In this document: positions 1 to 10,574 of the stretch, piece after piece
How positions within the stretch are numbered: position 1 is the stretch's first letter
Layout: every line of letters starts with the position of its first letter
Source: Sedimentisphaerales bacterium
GTDB lineage: Bacteria; Planctomycetota; Phycisphaerae; Sedimentisphaerales; SM23-30
Reading direction: 5' to 3' (one strand)
Length of the DNA: 64,000 nucleotides
Assembly: GCA_963666285.1 (NCBI GenBank)
Contig: OY762711.1
The notes under the pieces: model-generated
Told to the model about the DNA's origin: nothing
The model's input: only the letters and a program-made list of their open reading frames with translations
The model's database searches: none
Program-made: the position numbers and the translations under genes

Positions 1-1
1 C

Positions 2-691
2 ATCAATGCGGCGCTCCCGCCAGGAACGGCAGCATGGTCATATACTTTTGATGATTCCATTAATTTTTATCCGGCTTACCCTACTATGCTGACAGCTGTA
101 CCAGGACTTTACCCTACAGGCGGTTACTATGAAATTCAAATTGATGTAACCCACGGAGAAGAAACACAAACCCTCAATCTTATGCTTGATACAGGAGCTC
201 AAAGCTCTATCATTACAACAGCAACAGCAGACAGCCTTAGCCTGCCACTAACAGGCGATTTCATCGTTGAAGTATGCGGAGTAGCCGGTTCTACTGAAAG
301 TGTTGATGGTTACTACCTTGATCAAGTCGGAATAAGTGCCGGTGGCGGAAAAATGAACTTTTCACATGTCCCAGTTGTTGTAATGGACATTGCCGGCGGC
401 TATGATGGAATATTAGGCATGAATTTCTTCTATGACAGGAATATTACTTTTCAACCGGACTTAAGTACCAGTTCAGCGAAATTATACGTTTCAGACCCTG
501 TTGATTTTGCCGATGCAGATTTTAACGATAGTGGACGCGTCGACCTGGAAGATTTTGCTTTGTTTTCAGATAGTTGGATGACTAGTTTCGGCCAGGAAGA
601 TTACGTACTGGAATATGACTTATTTTTAAGTGACAGTATTGACATAGTAGACTTGCAGGTATTTGTAGATAACTGGCTGAAAGATAATTAG
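2..691 (+). CDS. Retropepsin-like aspartic protease with C-terminal dockerin-like motif (5'-partial)
   Basis: Frame is open from position 2, upstream of the ORF-track ATG at 86. Catalytic LDTGA and GILGMNFF motifs. C-terminal ADFNDSGRVDLEDF...DSIDIVDLQVFVDNWL paired Ca-binding-like repeat. Confidence 0.75.
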   Translation: MNAALPPGTAAWSYTFDDSINFYPAYPTMLTAVPGLYPTGGYYEIQIDVTHGEETQTLNLMLDTGAQSSIITTATADSLSLPLTGDFIVEVCGVAGSTESVDGYYLDQVGISAGGGKMNFSHVPVVVMDIAGGYDGILGMNFFYDRNITFQPDLSTSSAKLYVSDPVDFADADFNDSGRVDLEDFALFSDSWMTSFGQEDYVLEYDLFLSDSIDIVDLQVFVDNWLKDN

Positions 692-693
692 AG

Positions 694-3600
694 CTACTTG
701 GCCAAAGCCTCAAAGTAAGCATTTATCACTCGCTCGTAGCCTTTATATTTCGAGGTCTGGTCCTGTTGGTTAGTGTCAATTTCCGTACTACCGGCTGCAT
801 TTTGAATATATCGCGTTCGAACCTGGCTGCCGATTTCATGATGTGATTTTTTCAGAGAGTCAAGAGTCTGATTATAAGCCCTTCGTAATTCCGGACCGAT
901 TTTAGGATTATCCAACTCATTTTCGAATGTCTGCATATTTTCCAAAGCACTTTCGAGTTCCGCAGTTGAAAGATTATGGCGATGTAACCTGGGTATAAGT
1001 TGTCGGGCAGAATTTGTAATAGCCTGCTGCTGAGTTTTGGCATCACGCATCTTCTGCAGAACCTTTGGCGGCAGTTGGCCACCAGAGCCAAAAATTGAAG
1101 CCTGATCAGTCATTTTGCCAAGCCCGGTACCACCGGTTTGTGCCCCAACATCTTCATCCCGCACATCACCACTCTCCAATGGCGTATTACTGGTTCGTTC
1201 TCGCAAAGAATATTCATTATCATGCAGATCTTTGGCAACAGATTCTACCATTTGTCCTTCACTCATGCCAGAACGCCCCGCCCCGCTTCGGCCCTGTATA
1301 ATATTATCTTCCGGTTTCTGGTCACCGGTAACACCCTTGGCACTGGTAGATGCAATAGTGCCATCAGACACAGGACCTGCTGTATGGTCAAGCGAATTAA
1401 GATAACTGCCAATATCTTCAACCTCCTGAGCCATCTCTTCTTCTGACGTAACCAGATCGCCTACCAGGTCTTCCAGTTCATCAGGCAGTTCTGCAAGAGG
1501 AGCGACCAGCTGCAGGTCTTCCGGCACTTCAGCAATAAACTGTATATGATCATAAAAATCCATAGTAGCTTCACAATTTATAAGAATCTCTTCAGCCATT
1601 TCAACAAGTTCAGTCTCCAGGCGGTAGGCATCAACGCGTGCCATACGATCATCGGCTGCCTGATCAGCTGTTTCGGCCAGATTTTCAGCGGCCTGATAAA
1701 TACTTGTCAAATTTTCAACCATCGCAGGATCGCCAAAATCCTGCAAATCTACTTTCGTAAAGTCATTCACTGCCGAACTTAAGATTTCAGCCAGCCTGGA
1801 CTGGTCAATCGCCAACCGGGCAAGATTGTCAACATCATCTTCGGTAAAATCCTCTACCGCTTTATCCATAATAAGGTCACGCCGGTGAGTTATGTTTTTT
1901 TGATGACTAACAAAATTATCAAGCTCAGTTACAAAATCATCCAATGACTCATCAAAAGTTTCATAAATTGACTTATCAAGCTCTGCTTTGGTTTGATTGC
2001 CGGCAGCTGCATTTTTGTCCTGCTCTCGCTGTAAAGCAATATCAGCTTTAAGGGCAATCAGCCTATCAAGAATATACTGCTGGAGTTCAGTAATACCAGC
2101 TAAAGAACGCCTGGTCATAGAGATATCCGGTTTACGCTGAGATGCCAGTACAACAATCTTGCTCAAGACCCTTGTATTTTCACCCCTGTAGATCTCACTA
2201 ATTTTATCTATAAAATCAGATCCCGGTTCAGAAGCACTGAGTACGGCCTGGTTTAGAAAACTACCTACCTTGGCCTGCTTACCCTGCAAACTATCTCGAT
2301 GGAGAATCAAATTATCACGGGCGGCGGCATCGTCACCAGTAACAATATCATCCAGATTAGCGATAATATTCTGCGAAGCTCCTAACGCATCTTTTTGGGC
2401 ATCAATAGCCTTATCCAGCAATTCAAAGACACCAATCGCCGGATCATCCGGGGCAAGAGTAATATCATCCAAAGACCGTATCGAAACCACTAACGGACTT
2501 GAATAGGATAAATTCTCTTCAGGACAAAAATCGGCGGCAACTGCACGTATGATATAACTGCTGCCCGGCTGAAATTTATGGGCATCGAGTGACAACAGCA
2601 GGTTTTCTTTTTTACTTTTTACTCCGGGCGGCCCTTCATAATCAGCAGAATTGACAACTTCAGGTTCAATAGAAGAATTATCTTTTTCAACAGTAACCTT
2701 AAACCAGCTCAGGCCATAATCATCAGAAAGCTTAACAGGTATATTCAAACGCTGACCCGGCACAGCAACCAAACTGAGCTTGTCTGTCTCAAACTCAATA
2801 TATGGCGGACTGTCAAGAGCAGGAACGACATTTCCGGCAAGAACATCAACTATTTTACCAATAGCCTTATAATCAGCCTTAATCGAATAGCTCCCCGAAA
2901 TACCAGCCGTAAAATCCAGAGTAAAGTTTTTTCCATTACCATCAAACAAAGAGGTTTTGCCCTGATAGATAAACTGCAAACTATCAACTGCTTTATCAAG
3001 AGTAATATTCATGGAAATTTTTGTATTCGGCAGAACAGAAATTTCGTTATTAGTTATATTCAGTTTATCAACATTACCTCCCGTATACTCCGGCAGTGCT
3101 GCCAGAAACTCGGATTTAACAACACAAGGCACCTTATTAACCTTAACCACAACAGAAGAGCTGTAAGTATCACCGGCAAAAACTCGAAAAGCCATATCAT
3201 GACGGACATTCTTAAAAGTATAAGTAAAGCTGTCGGCCCGTCCATCGACGGGATTTACCGGACGAACATTAAGATCAGATGTTTTAATTCCAGGCGGAGT
3301 TGCATCGACATAATAAGAGTCTCTACGCCATACTATTTCGGGATATTTTTTAAGCTGATATCCCGCGTGGTAAGTTTTGACATTTATTTGCACCTCCAGG
3401 TCATCACCTTCTGCAACTATAATTTCATCTCCATTCAAAACACCAATCTCTATCATGCCGGCCGGAGGAATATCTGCAAGCGGTTTCACATAACGACTCA
3501 TTGCATTCAGGGCATGACGGGTATGGGTAATACCGTAAGCCGTCCAGCAGGATAAAACAACAATAACAGCAAAGCTAAAAATCCTTATCAGTTTTGTTTT

Positions 3601-4071
3601 TTTTAATATCCCCGGAGTGATATTGCGAGATAAAGACAACGCTTCAGCTATTGTTGTCTCTGCAAATGGCTTTTCAAACTGTTTGAGCCTGAACTTGCCG
3701 TGCATACTGTTTCTGGTCTCAAATTGGAGAGAGTTAATCAGGATGTTATCTTTAAGCTGAAATTTACTCTCGATATCAAGAGCTATCTTCTCTGCCGGGT
3801 TTCGGTTAAGAAATGGGGAAATAACATGTCTAATAAGAAAATAACCGGCAATTACAATCGAAGATACAGAAACAGGAAGCCTCAACTCAGCCGGCAAATG
3901 AAAGTAGTTATCCAGCAAAAAGAAGCAAAGCCAAAAGCATAAAAACACCAGCAGCCATACCATAAAAGAACGGATCAGCCTGCCGGCATATATTGTTCTT
4001 GAAGCAAAATTCAAAATTGCCGCAATATTCTTTGATTGTTTTTTTCCAGGTGCCATCGGATACATTATCAC
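694..4071 (-). CDS. Large membrane-anchored protein, DUF4175-like (N-terminal TM helices, Ig-like middle, acidic helical C-terminus)
   Basis: 1125-aa ORF with three N-terminal hydrophobic segments, D..P.I.F and DDYGL motifs, and a long D/E/Q-rich helical tail. Family assignment is by resemblance only. Confidence 0.55.
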   Translation of the reverse strand: MIMYPMAPGKKQSKNIAAILNFASRTIYAGRLIRSFMVWLLVFLCFWLCFFLLDNYFHLPAELRLPVSVSSIVIAGYFLIRHVISPFLNRNPAEKIALDIESKFQLKDNILINSLQFETRNSMHGKFRLKQFEKPFAETTIAEALSLSRNITPGILKKTKLIRIFSFAVIVVLSCWTAYGITHTRHALNAMSRYVKPLADIPPAGMIEIGVLNGDEIIVAEGDDLEVQINVKTYHAGYQLKKYPEIVWRRDSYYVDATPPGIKTSDLNVRPVNPVDGRADSFTYTFKNVRHDMAFRVFAGDTYSSSVVVKVNKVPCVVKSEFLAALPEYTGGNVDKLNITNNEISVLPNTKISMNITLDKAVDSLQFIYQGKTSLFDGNGKNFTLDFTAGISGSYSIKADYKAIGKIVDVLAGNVVPALDSPPYIEFETDKLSLVAVPGQRLNIPVKLSDDYGLSWFKVTVEKDNSSIEPEVVNSADYEGPPGVKSKKENLLLSLDAHKFQPGSSYIIRAVAADFCPEENLSYSSPLVVSIRSLDDITLAPDDPAIGVFELLDKAIDAQKDALGASQNIIANLDDIVTGDDAAARDNLILHRDSLQGKQAKVGSFLNQAVLSASEPGSDFIDKISEIYRGENTRVLSKIVVLASQRKPDISMTRRSLAGITELQQYILDRLIALKADIALQREQDKNAAAGNQTKAELDKSIYETFDESLDDFVTELDNFVSHQKNITHRRDLIMDKAVEDFTEDDVDNLARLAIDQSRLAEILSSAVNDFTKVDLQDFGDPAMVENLTSIYQAAENLAETADQAADDRMARVDAYRLETELVEMAEEILINCEATMDFYDHIQFIAEVPEDLQLVAPLAELPDELEDLVGDLVTSEEEMAQEVEDIGSYLNSLDHTAGPVSDGTIASTSAKGVTGDQKPEDNIIQGRSGAGRSGMSEGQMVESVAKDLHDNEYSLRERTSNTPLESGDVRDEDVGAQTGGTGLGKMTDQASIFGSGGQLPPKVLQKMRDAKTQQQAITNSARQLIPRLHRHNLSTAELESALENMQTFENELDNPKIGPELRRAYNQTLDSLKKSHHEIGSQVRTRYIQNAAGSTEIDTNQQDQTSKYKGYERVINAYFEALAK

Positions 4072-4197
4072 AAACTTACATATTACGACCGATAATATAC
4101 TGAAAAATAATAAAACTCAACAAAAATAATTATTAGAATATTGATTAATTCAGAACAATATTTCCTGTTTTATGGATAAAAATGGTTAGACATGGAA

Positions 4198-4401
4198 CTA
4201 ATCAGAATATACTTCTTCTGCCAGTTCTACTCCGGATTGTTTGGCTTTGAGTTTCTCCAGCTCGAGCTTATTGAAATCATACCTGAGCTGAGCTTTATAT
4301 GTCTTTGCTAACTCGTTCATCTTTCCGGCCATTGCAGCAAGAAATACAAATGAGGTAAACGCGGCTCCCAGCATTGTTAAGGCCATTACTTCACCGGACA
4401 T
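4198..4401 (-). CDS. Small single-TM hypothetical protein (~67 aa)
   Basis: GGAG Shine-Dalgarno 6 nt before the ATG at 4401 (MSGEV...), rather than the GTG at 4425. One hydrophobic helix followed by a charged helical tail. Confidence 0.6.
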   Translation of the reverse strand: MSGEVMALTMLGAAFTSFVFLAAMAGKMNELAKTYKAQLRYDFNKLELEKLKAKQSGVELAEEVYSD

Positions 4402-4531
4402 ATCATACTCCAAAGCTAAAATCACTTTTTTACATTATTCACGATAAAAAACTGAGGACTACGGCACACCCTAATATTAACAACAATTAGAGGTGCCGTT
4501 TGCATTATCAGCGCATCAGTCCTTGCTCCCA

Positions 4532-4558
4532 ATATCGGCGACAAAACAAGCCAACTTA
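4532..4558 (-). promoter_or_regulatory. Sigma-28 (FliA)-type promoter
   Basis: Minus strand TAAG-N15-GCCGATAT versus consensus TAAA-N15-GCCGATAA. It points at the 4198-4401 gene. Confidence 0.55.
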
Positions 4559-4729
4559 ACTCGCAAAATCACCAACAACTATAAATAAACGGACAACCAT
4601 AATTATCGGAACCAGATAAAAAACAGTAAATTAGCATATAACCTTAATATTAAGATTAAAACAAGTGAATTCGGCTATTAAATATACCGAAGAAAACATG
4701 TAAGAAACTATAAAATGTTTCTTTTATAA

Positions 4730-4903
4730 GTGCGATTTTGCACTTTTGACTGTTCACATTACACGCAAAGGCAGAACAGGGCTTGTGAATGAAAAAGTTA
4801 TTTAATTATATTTTCGAGCTAATTCTCGAAAGTACATTTAATTCAAAGCGTTGCAGGAAGGCCCTTTTAGGCGATTTTGCAACTTAGAAATGCGAAAGAA
4901 AAC
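4730..4903 (+). mobile_element. MITE-like repeat, copy 1
   Basis: Highly similar to 8612-8791 and 27629-27829. Imperfect terminal inverted repeats. Flanked by TATAA/TATAA (4725-4729, 4904-4908). Confidence 0.75.
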
Positions 4904-4961
4904 TATAACAGAATAAATATATTTGCAGAAAGTAACAATACCAGAGGCGAACGTTTAATAG

Positions 4962-7166
4962 ATGAGTGATAAGAAGAAAATCGATCCTGAATTATTCAAC
5001 ACCTTTGTTGAAGATACCATGGAAGAAATACGCCATGTAGAAGGATATCTGATCAAACTGGAAAAGAACCCGGATGATCATGAGTTGATTAATGCTATTA
5101 TGCGTCCGATCCATTCAACGAAAGGTAATTGTTCGTTTTTTGGTCTGCAAAATGGTAAAAAGCTTGCCCATGTATCAGAGGATGTACTAAACTGTGCCTT
5201 AAAAAACAAGCAGGTTATTACAAGTGAGCTGATATCAACATTTATAAAAACAATTGATATTATCAAAAAGCTATTGGGTAACGTCCAGTCAGGCAAAGAT
5301 GAACTCGAAGGCATCTCTAAAAAATACCATGATGCATTGGCCGTACTGGAAGATGCAAGAGACAGGGCAAGAGATGAAAAGTTTGACCCACAGGCAGTAC
5401 TGGAAAAACTAGGATCAATCGAGAAGGAACTCGAAGGGATCTCTGACAAACATGCAAAAGACCTGACCGAAGTAATTGAGATGCTGGTAAATACAGGCGG
5501 CATAGAAACTGCCGAAACCGGCATTCACAGTCAGATAAAAGAATTAATCCAGGATATGAGAAATATCTTCACTGCAGCAATGGAATGCGCGTTAGATGAA
5601 GAGCAATCCGACCAGGTAGGCGAGAAGCTTAAGAGTCTAAAAGAGATTACTGACGATACCGCCGCAGAAGAATTAATAAATGAAGCTGTCGAACAATATG
5701 CAAATATTACAGCCTCAGTCGGATTTGAACCATTCCTGGCAGAAATCCTGGAAGAACAGTTTGTAAAGCTGGAACAGATAATTGATGAAATTCCTGACAA
5801 AAAGGAAGACCTGCCGCAGGCAGAAGAGAAGAGTGACCAGGAACGAGAAGAAGAATATGACTTCACGTCAATGGATCGTTTCGAGCTCACCCAGGATGAA
5901 ATTAACGAACTATTGTTAAAGCGATACAGCACACCGGACGAAATCGAAGAACCTGAAGGCGAAGTAGATGAAGAATATCATGAAGCTGCACGTTCGATGA
6001 GAGTTTCCGAAGAAAGCATTGATAAATTCCTGGAATCTGTCGGCAACCTGATTGTTGTCAGAGAGATGTACAACAACCTAAGCAGGAAAATCACCCAGGA
6101 CAGTGAAATATCAGATTTCCAAAACCATTTCAAACGAATTAATGAAACGTTCTTTCAGCTATCTGAAAAGCTAAATGATTCGGTAATGGAAATTAGAAAG
6201 GTGTCTGTCTCAAGTCTCATGCAAAAGGTCCCGAGGATAGTCAGAGATGTAGCAGAAACCCGGGGCAAAAAGGTAAATGTCGTACTCGAAGGCGAAAAGA
6301 CACTTATCGACAAAAGACTTTTAGAGGTACTTGATGCGCCATTGATCCACATTATAAGAAATGCTACAGATCATGGTATAGAATTACCGGAAGACAGAAT
6401 AAATTCAGGTAAAAGTGAAGAAGGGAATATAAAAGTTGTATGCCAGCTAAACGGTGATGACGTCGAGATAAAGATTACCGATGATGGTAAAGGTCTGAAT
6501 TACCCGGCGATAATCCAAAAAGCTATAGAAATGGGACTGCTGAAACCTGACATTGATCTTTCCGAAGACGAAAAGAAAAACCTGCTGTTTTTGCCTGGTC
6601 TGACAACTTCACAAAATGTTACCGAAATATCCGGTCGCGGTATCGGCATGGATGTTGTAAAGAAAAACATTGAAGAGGCCGGCGGCAAGATCACAATTGA
6701 GTCTGAAAGCGGAAAAGGAACCGAGTTTATTATTACTTTACCTCAGGCTGTAATGACTCAAATTATAAACGGTTATGTTATTCGTATAGAAAATAATCAG
6801 TATATTTTGCCTATGGAAGAAGTTCAGGAAGTATTTTGTGTAACCGGCAGCCAGATCAATACAGTAACAGACAAAGGGATGTGTGTTAAGAGAAGGGACC
6901 AGCTTTTAAGTATAATTCGTCCGTTCAGCCCATATAACTATAATCTCAGCAGCGATGAAGTAATAGCACTGGTGGCAATGCAATGTAAAGGACAGATGGT
7001 CGCAATACATATTGACGAAGCTGTAGGTGTCCAGCGTGTTGTACTGAATGAAGTAAAAGGATTAAAGATAGCCAGCAATATATTCACTGCTTCGGCAATA
7101 ATGGGTGATGGTCGAATATCAATGGTTATCAATCCCAATTTCATCTGGGAATCAAAAGTAAACTAA
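4962..7166 (+). CDS. cheA: Chemotaxis histidine kinase CheA
   Basis: Hpt motif IHSTKG...AHVSE, dimerization domain SMRVSEESID, HATPase motifs HIIRNATDHGIE, DDGKGL, FLPGLTT and SGRGIGMDVVK, and a C-terminal CheW-like domain. Confidence 0.92.
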   Translation: MSDKKKIDPELFNTFVEDTMEEIRHVEGYLIKLEKNPDDHELINAIMRPIHSTKGNCSFFGLQNGKKLAHVSEDVLNCALKNKQVITSELISTFIKTIDIIKKLLGNVQSGKDELEGISKKYHDALAVLEDARDRARDEKFDPQAVLEKLGSIEKELEGISDKHAKDLTEVIEMLVNTGGIETAETGIHSQIKELIQDMRNIFTAAMECALDEEQSDQVGEKLKSLKEITDDTAAEELINEAVEQYANITASVGFEPFLAEILEEQFVKLEQIIDEIPDKKEDLPQAEEKSDQEREEEYDFTSMDRFELTQDEINELLLKRYSTPDEIEEPEGEVDEEYHEAARSMRVSEESIDKFLESVGNLIVVREMYNNLSRKITQDSEISDFQNHFKRINETFFQLSEKLNDSVMEIRKVSVSSLMQKVPRIVRDVAETRGKKVNVVLEGEKTLIDKRLLEVLDAPLIHIIRNATDHGIELPEDRINSGKSEEGNIKVVCQLNGDDVEIKITDDGKGLNYPAIIQKAIEMGLLKPDIDLSEDEKKNLLFLPGLTTSQNVTEISGRGIGMDVVKKNIEEAGGKITIESESGKGTEFIITLPQAVMTQIINGYVIRIENNQYILPMEEVQEVFCVTGSQINTVTDKGMCVKRRDQLLSIIRPFSPYNYNLSSDEVIALVAMQCKGQMVAIHIDEAVGVQRVVLNEVKGLKIASNIFTASAIMGDGRISMVINPNFIWESKVN

Positions 7167-7252
7167 CACCCCTCAATCGCACTGACCTGATTTCAGATAA
7201 GAAGTTTAACATTTCACTTGCATGGAAACTGTATAATATCTACAATTATCTC

Positions 7253-8569
7253 ATGCAAAATATTTCCGGTAAAAAGATTCTGGTGATGGGCCTTGGCCGT
7301 TTCGGCGGCGGTGTTGGTGCGGCTCGTTTTGCAGCCGAACATGGGGCAATAGTAACAGTAACCGATACCAACTCAGCAGAAAAACTGCAAAGCAGTATTG
7401 ATCAGCTTAGCGACCTGGATATAACCTACCATCTCGGCGAACATGTCGAATCTGACTTTACATCAGCAGACATGATCATAGTAAACCCTGCCGTCCCCCA
7501 GGAAAATGAATACCTGGAAATAGCCCGCAAAGCCGAGGTCGGCTTAACTACCGAAATGAATCTTTTCTGGCAATACTGCCCTGCTCCCGTGGTCGGAATA
7601 ACCGGCAGTAACGGTAAGAGTACCACCACCGCGATGACATACCATGTTTTGACCAGATGTATGCCTGAAAAAAAAGTATGGCTGGGCGGTAATATTGGTA
7701 AGGGGTCTCTGCTGGCCAAGATCGACCAGGTCGGCCCAGATGATATAGTCGTTCTGGAATTAAGCAGTTTTCAACTTGAAGACCTGGCACAACTCCAGCG
7801 CAGCCCACATATTGCTATTGTAACTAACATTGCTCCAAACCACCTGGACCGGCATGGCACTATGGCGAATTATATAACCGCAAAACAGAACATACTGAAG
7901 TTCCAGGGCGAAAATGACTATGCCATAATCTGCGGTGAAGATCATCAGCTGGATAGCTGGATGAATATTGGAAAGGCTCAAAAACAGAGATACGAAGAAA
8001 TAGCCGTTGATTTAATGGTACCGGGCAGACATAACAGGCTAAACGCAGCTGCGGCAGTAGCAGCTGCCGGTAAATTTGACATAAATGCAGAACAGGCTAA
8101 GGCCGCCCTGTCTGATTTTAGCGGACTGGAACACAGGTTAGAATTTGTAACAGAAATTGATGGGGTCAAATACTATAACGATTCAATATCAACCACCCCG
8201 GAAAGTACAATTGTAGCCATTGATGCCTTTTCATGCACCAAGATACTAATCCTGGGAGGCTATGACAAAAAACTGCCATTTAAGGAAATGGCGGCTAAAA
8301 TTGCGGGAAATGTAAAGGTTGCAGTTCTTATAGGCCAGACCGCTGACATTATTGCTAACGATATAGAAGAGGCTAAAGCCGATAGAGATTTTCTTCTGCC
8401 AAAAATCATTAAATGCGATACTTTTGAAAATGCCATAGCAGCAACAAAAGAAACAGCAACAAAGGGAGATGTTGTTCTGTTGAGCCCGGCATGTGCCAGT
8501 TACGGCATGTTCGAAAACTTTCAGCAGCGGGGTAATATTTTTAAGCAGATATTAAGACAGAACTCTTAG
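7253..8569 (+). CDS. murD: UDP-N-acetylmuramoyl-L-alanine--D-glutamate ligase
   Basis: Motifs GLGRFGGG, ITGSNGKSTTT, ELSSFQL, NIAPNHLDRH, HRLE, YNDSISTT and LLSPACASYGMFENFQQRG. Confidence 0.95.
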   Translation: MQNISGKKILVMGLGRFGGGVGAARFAAEHGAIVTVTDTNSAEKLQSSIDQLSDLDITYHLGEHVESDFTSADMIIVNPAVPQENEYLEIARKAEVGLTTEMNLFWQYCPAPVVGITGSNGKSTTTAMTYHVLTRCMPEKKVWLGGNIGKGSLLAKIDQVGPDDIVVLELSSFQLEDLAQLQRSPHIAIVTNIAPNHLDRHGTMANYITAKQNILKFQGENDYAIICGEDHQLDSWMNIGKAQKQRYEEIAVDLMVPGRHNRLNAAAAVAAAGKFDINAEQAKAALSDFSGLEHRLEFVTEIDGVKYYNDSISTTPESTIVAIDAFSCTKILILGGYDKKLPFKEMAAKIAGNVKVAVLIGQTADIIANDIEEAKADRDFLLPKIIKCDTFENAIAATKETATKGDVVLLSPACASYGMFENFQQRGNIFKQILRQNS

Positions 8570-8611
8570 CCGGTACCAAATATCCAAACAAAAAAAGACA
8601 AACACATAATA

Positions 8612-8791
8612 GTGCGGTTTCGCACTTTTGACTGTTCAACATTACACGCAAAGGCCAGAACAGGGCCTTGTGAATGAAAACTCTCTATTTAAATGTATTT
8701 CCGAGCTAATTCTCGAAAGTACATTTAATTCAAAACGTTGCAGGAAGGCCCTTTTAGGCGATTTTTGCAACTTAAAACTGCGAAAGTAAAC
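8612..8791 (+). mobile_element. MITE-like repeat, copy 2
   Basis: Left end GTGCGGTTTCGCACTTTT, right end AAAACTGCGAAAGTAAAC. Flanked by ATAATA/ATAATA (8606-8611, 8792-8797). Confidence 0.78.
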
Positions 8792-9020
8792 ATAATATGG
8801 TCTGCCATTAATAAGATATTTATGCTGTTCCAGATATCACAAACCAGAACGGTTCTAATTATATAATCAATCTCGATTAATCACCGAAAGAGCTTGCCTG
8901 CTAAAGGCCTGCCCAGACAAAGTCTTCCTTATATAAAACTACATCAAAACTAGCGACACAGGTGAACTGTTAAAAATACAATCGCCGAGCATAGCGAGGT
9001 CTGATCAAGGATATGTCTTA

Positions 9021-10574
9021 TTAGGCCAACTGATCAGTTGCAATATGCCAATGCTTCAGATCTTCGTATATCTGAATGTCCAGCATATCACCTGCATTAT
9101 CAAGCAACCTGGTACACTCCGGGCTAAGATCTATCAAATGCAGCGTTTTACCCTGTTTGACGTATCGCTCGGCGAGAGAATTAATAGCTTCGATACCAGA
9201 ATGGTCAAATACCCTGGCATAATGAAAGTCTATTATCACGTCGTCAGGGTCTTCAGCCGGATTAAACAGTTCAGAGAAATTCTTTACAGAACCAAAAAAC
9301 AGCGACCCCCTCAGCCTATACACTTTCGACCCTTTCTGATCAATTTCAGAATGAAATTCTATCCGACTACCTTTTTTCCAGGCAAAAACCAGAGCAGACA
9401 CAATCACACCGACAAAAACCGCAATTGCCAGATCTTCAATTACCGTAACAGCTGAAACCAGTACTATTATAAAAGCATCAGACACGGGAATTTTTCTCAT
9501 TATCTTTATGCTAGAGAAACTGAACGTACTAATAACAACGGTAAACATAACACCAACTAAAGCTGCAACAGGTATGATTTCTATCAGCGATGAACCTGCC
9601 AGCACAAACAGGAGTAACGCAAGTGCCGCAGTTATACCAGATAACCTGCCTCGCCCGCCCGAATTGATATTGATCATGCTCTGACCGATCATCGCACAAC
9701 CTCCCATACCACCAAAAACACCACAGATAAGATTACCTATACCCTGACCAATACATTCCCTGTTACCACGCCCGCGGGTTTCAGTTATCTCATCAACCAG
9801 CGTCAAAGTAAGCAGTGATTCAATCAGTCCAACTGCCGCCGCCAGGGACGAATACGGCAGGATAATCTTTAGCGTCTCCATCGACATCGGCACCCCTGGA
9901 AACGCAAACTTCGGCAGCGATGCTTTCAATGATTTTAATTCCGGGTCAAGAAGCTGCACATAATCGATAACACTTCTATATTCGAATATACCAAACTTAC
10001 CAGCCGCTATCGCCCCTACTGTAACTACTATAATAGCCGTCAGCGACGCCGGTATCGCCTTAGTCACCAGCGGCAAAAGATAGCATATCGCCATCGTTAC
10101 AGCTACCATCCCCAGCATCACAACCAACTGCGGACCAACCAACCATGCGGCATCATCGCCAACACCAGTTTTAAACTGGCCAAGCTGTGCAAGAAATATC
10201 ACAATCGCTAAACCGTTAACAAAACCAAGCATTACAGAATGCGGTATAAGCCGCACAAACTTACCTAGTCGCAGCAACCCTGCCACTACCTGAATAACTC
10301 CCATTAGCAATACGGCCGCAAACAAATATTCCACCCCATATTCTATTACCAGCGATGCATAAACAACCGCTATCGCACCAGTTGCACCTGATATCATGCC
10401 CGGACGACCACCTAAAATCGCAGTTGTCAGCCCCATAATAAAAGCGGCATATAAACCAATTATCGGCGACACATGGCAAACAAAAGCAAAGGCTATAGCC
10501 TCGGGTACAAGCGCCAAAGCAACTGTTAGACCTGACAATACATCATTCTTACACTGGCTGATATCCAGTTTCAT
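9021..10574 (-). CDS. SulP-family inorganic anion transporter with STAS domain
   Basis: Motifs DVLSGLTVALALVPEAIAF, GRPGMISGATGA and GGCAMIGQSMIN, many TM helices, and a C-terminal STAS domain (GSLFFGS, FDHSGIEA). Confidence 0.92.
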   Translation of the reverse strand: MKLDISQCKNDVLSGLTVALALVPEAIAFAFVCHVSPIIGLYAAFIMGLTTAILGGRPGMISGATGAIAVVYASLVIEYGVEYLFAAVLLMGVIQVVAGLLRLGKFVRLIPHSVMLGFVNGLAIVIFLAQLGQFKTGVGDDAAWLVGPQLVVMLGMVAVTMAICYLLPLVTKAIPASLTAIIVVTVGAIAAGKFGIFEYRSVIDYVQLLDPELKSLKASLPKFAFPGVPMSMETLKIILPYSSLAAAVGLIESLLTLTLVDEITETRGRGNRECIGQGIGNLICGVFGGMGGCAMIGQSMININSGGRGRLSGITAALALLLFVLAGSSLIEIIPVAALVGVMFTVVISTFSFSSIKIMRKIPVSDAFIIVLVSAVTVIEDLAIAVFVGVIVSALVFAWKKGSRIEFHSEIDQKGSKVYRLRGSLFFGSVKNFSELFNPAEDPDDVIIDFHYARVFDHSGIEAINSLAERYVKQGKTLHLIDLSPECTRLLDNAGDMLDIQIYEDLKHWHIATDQLA

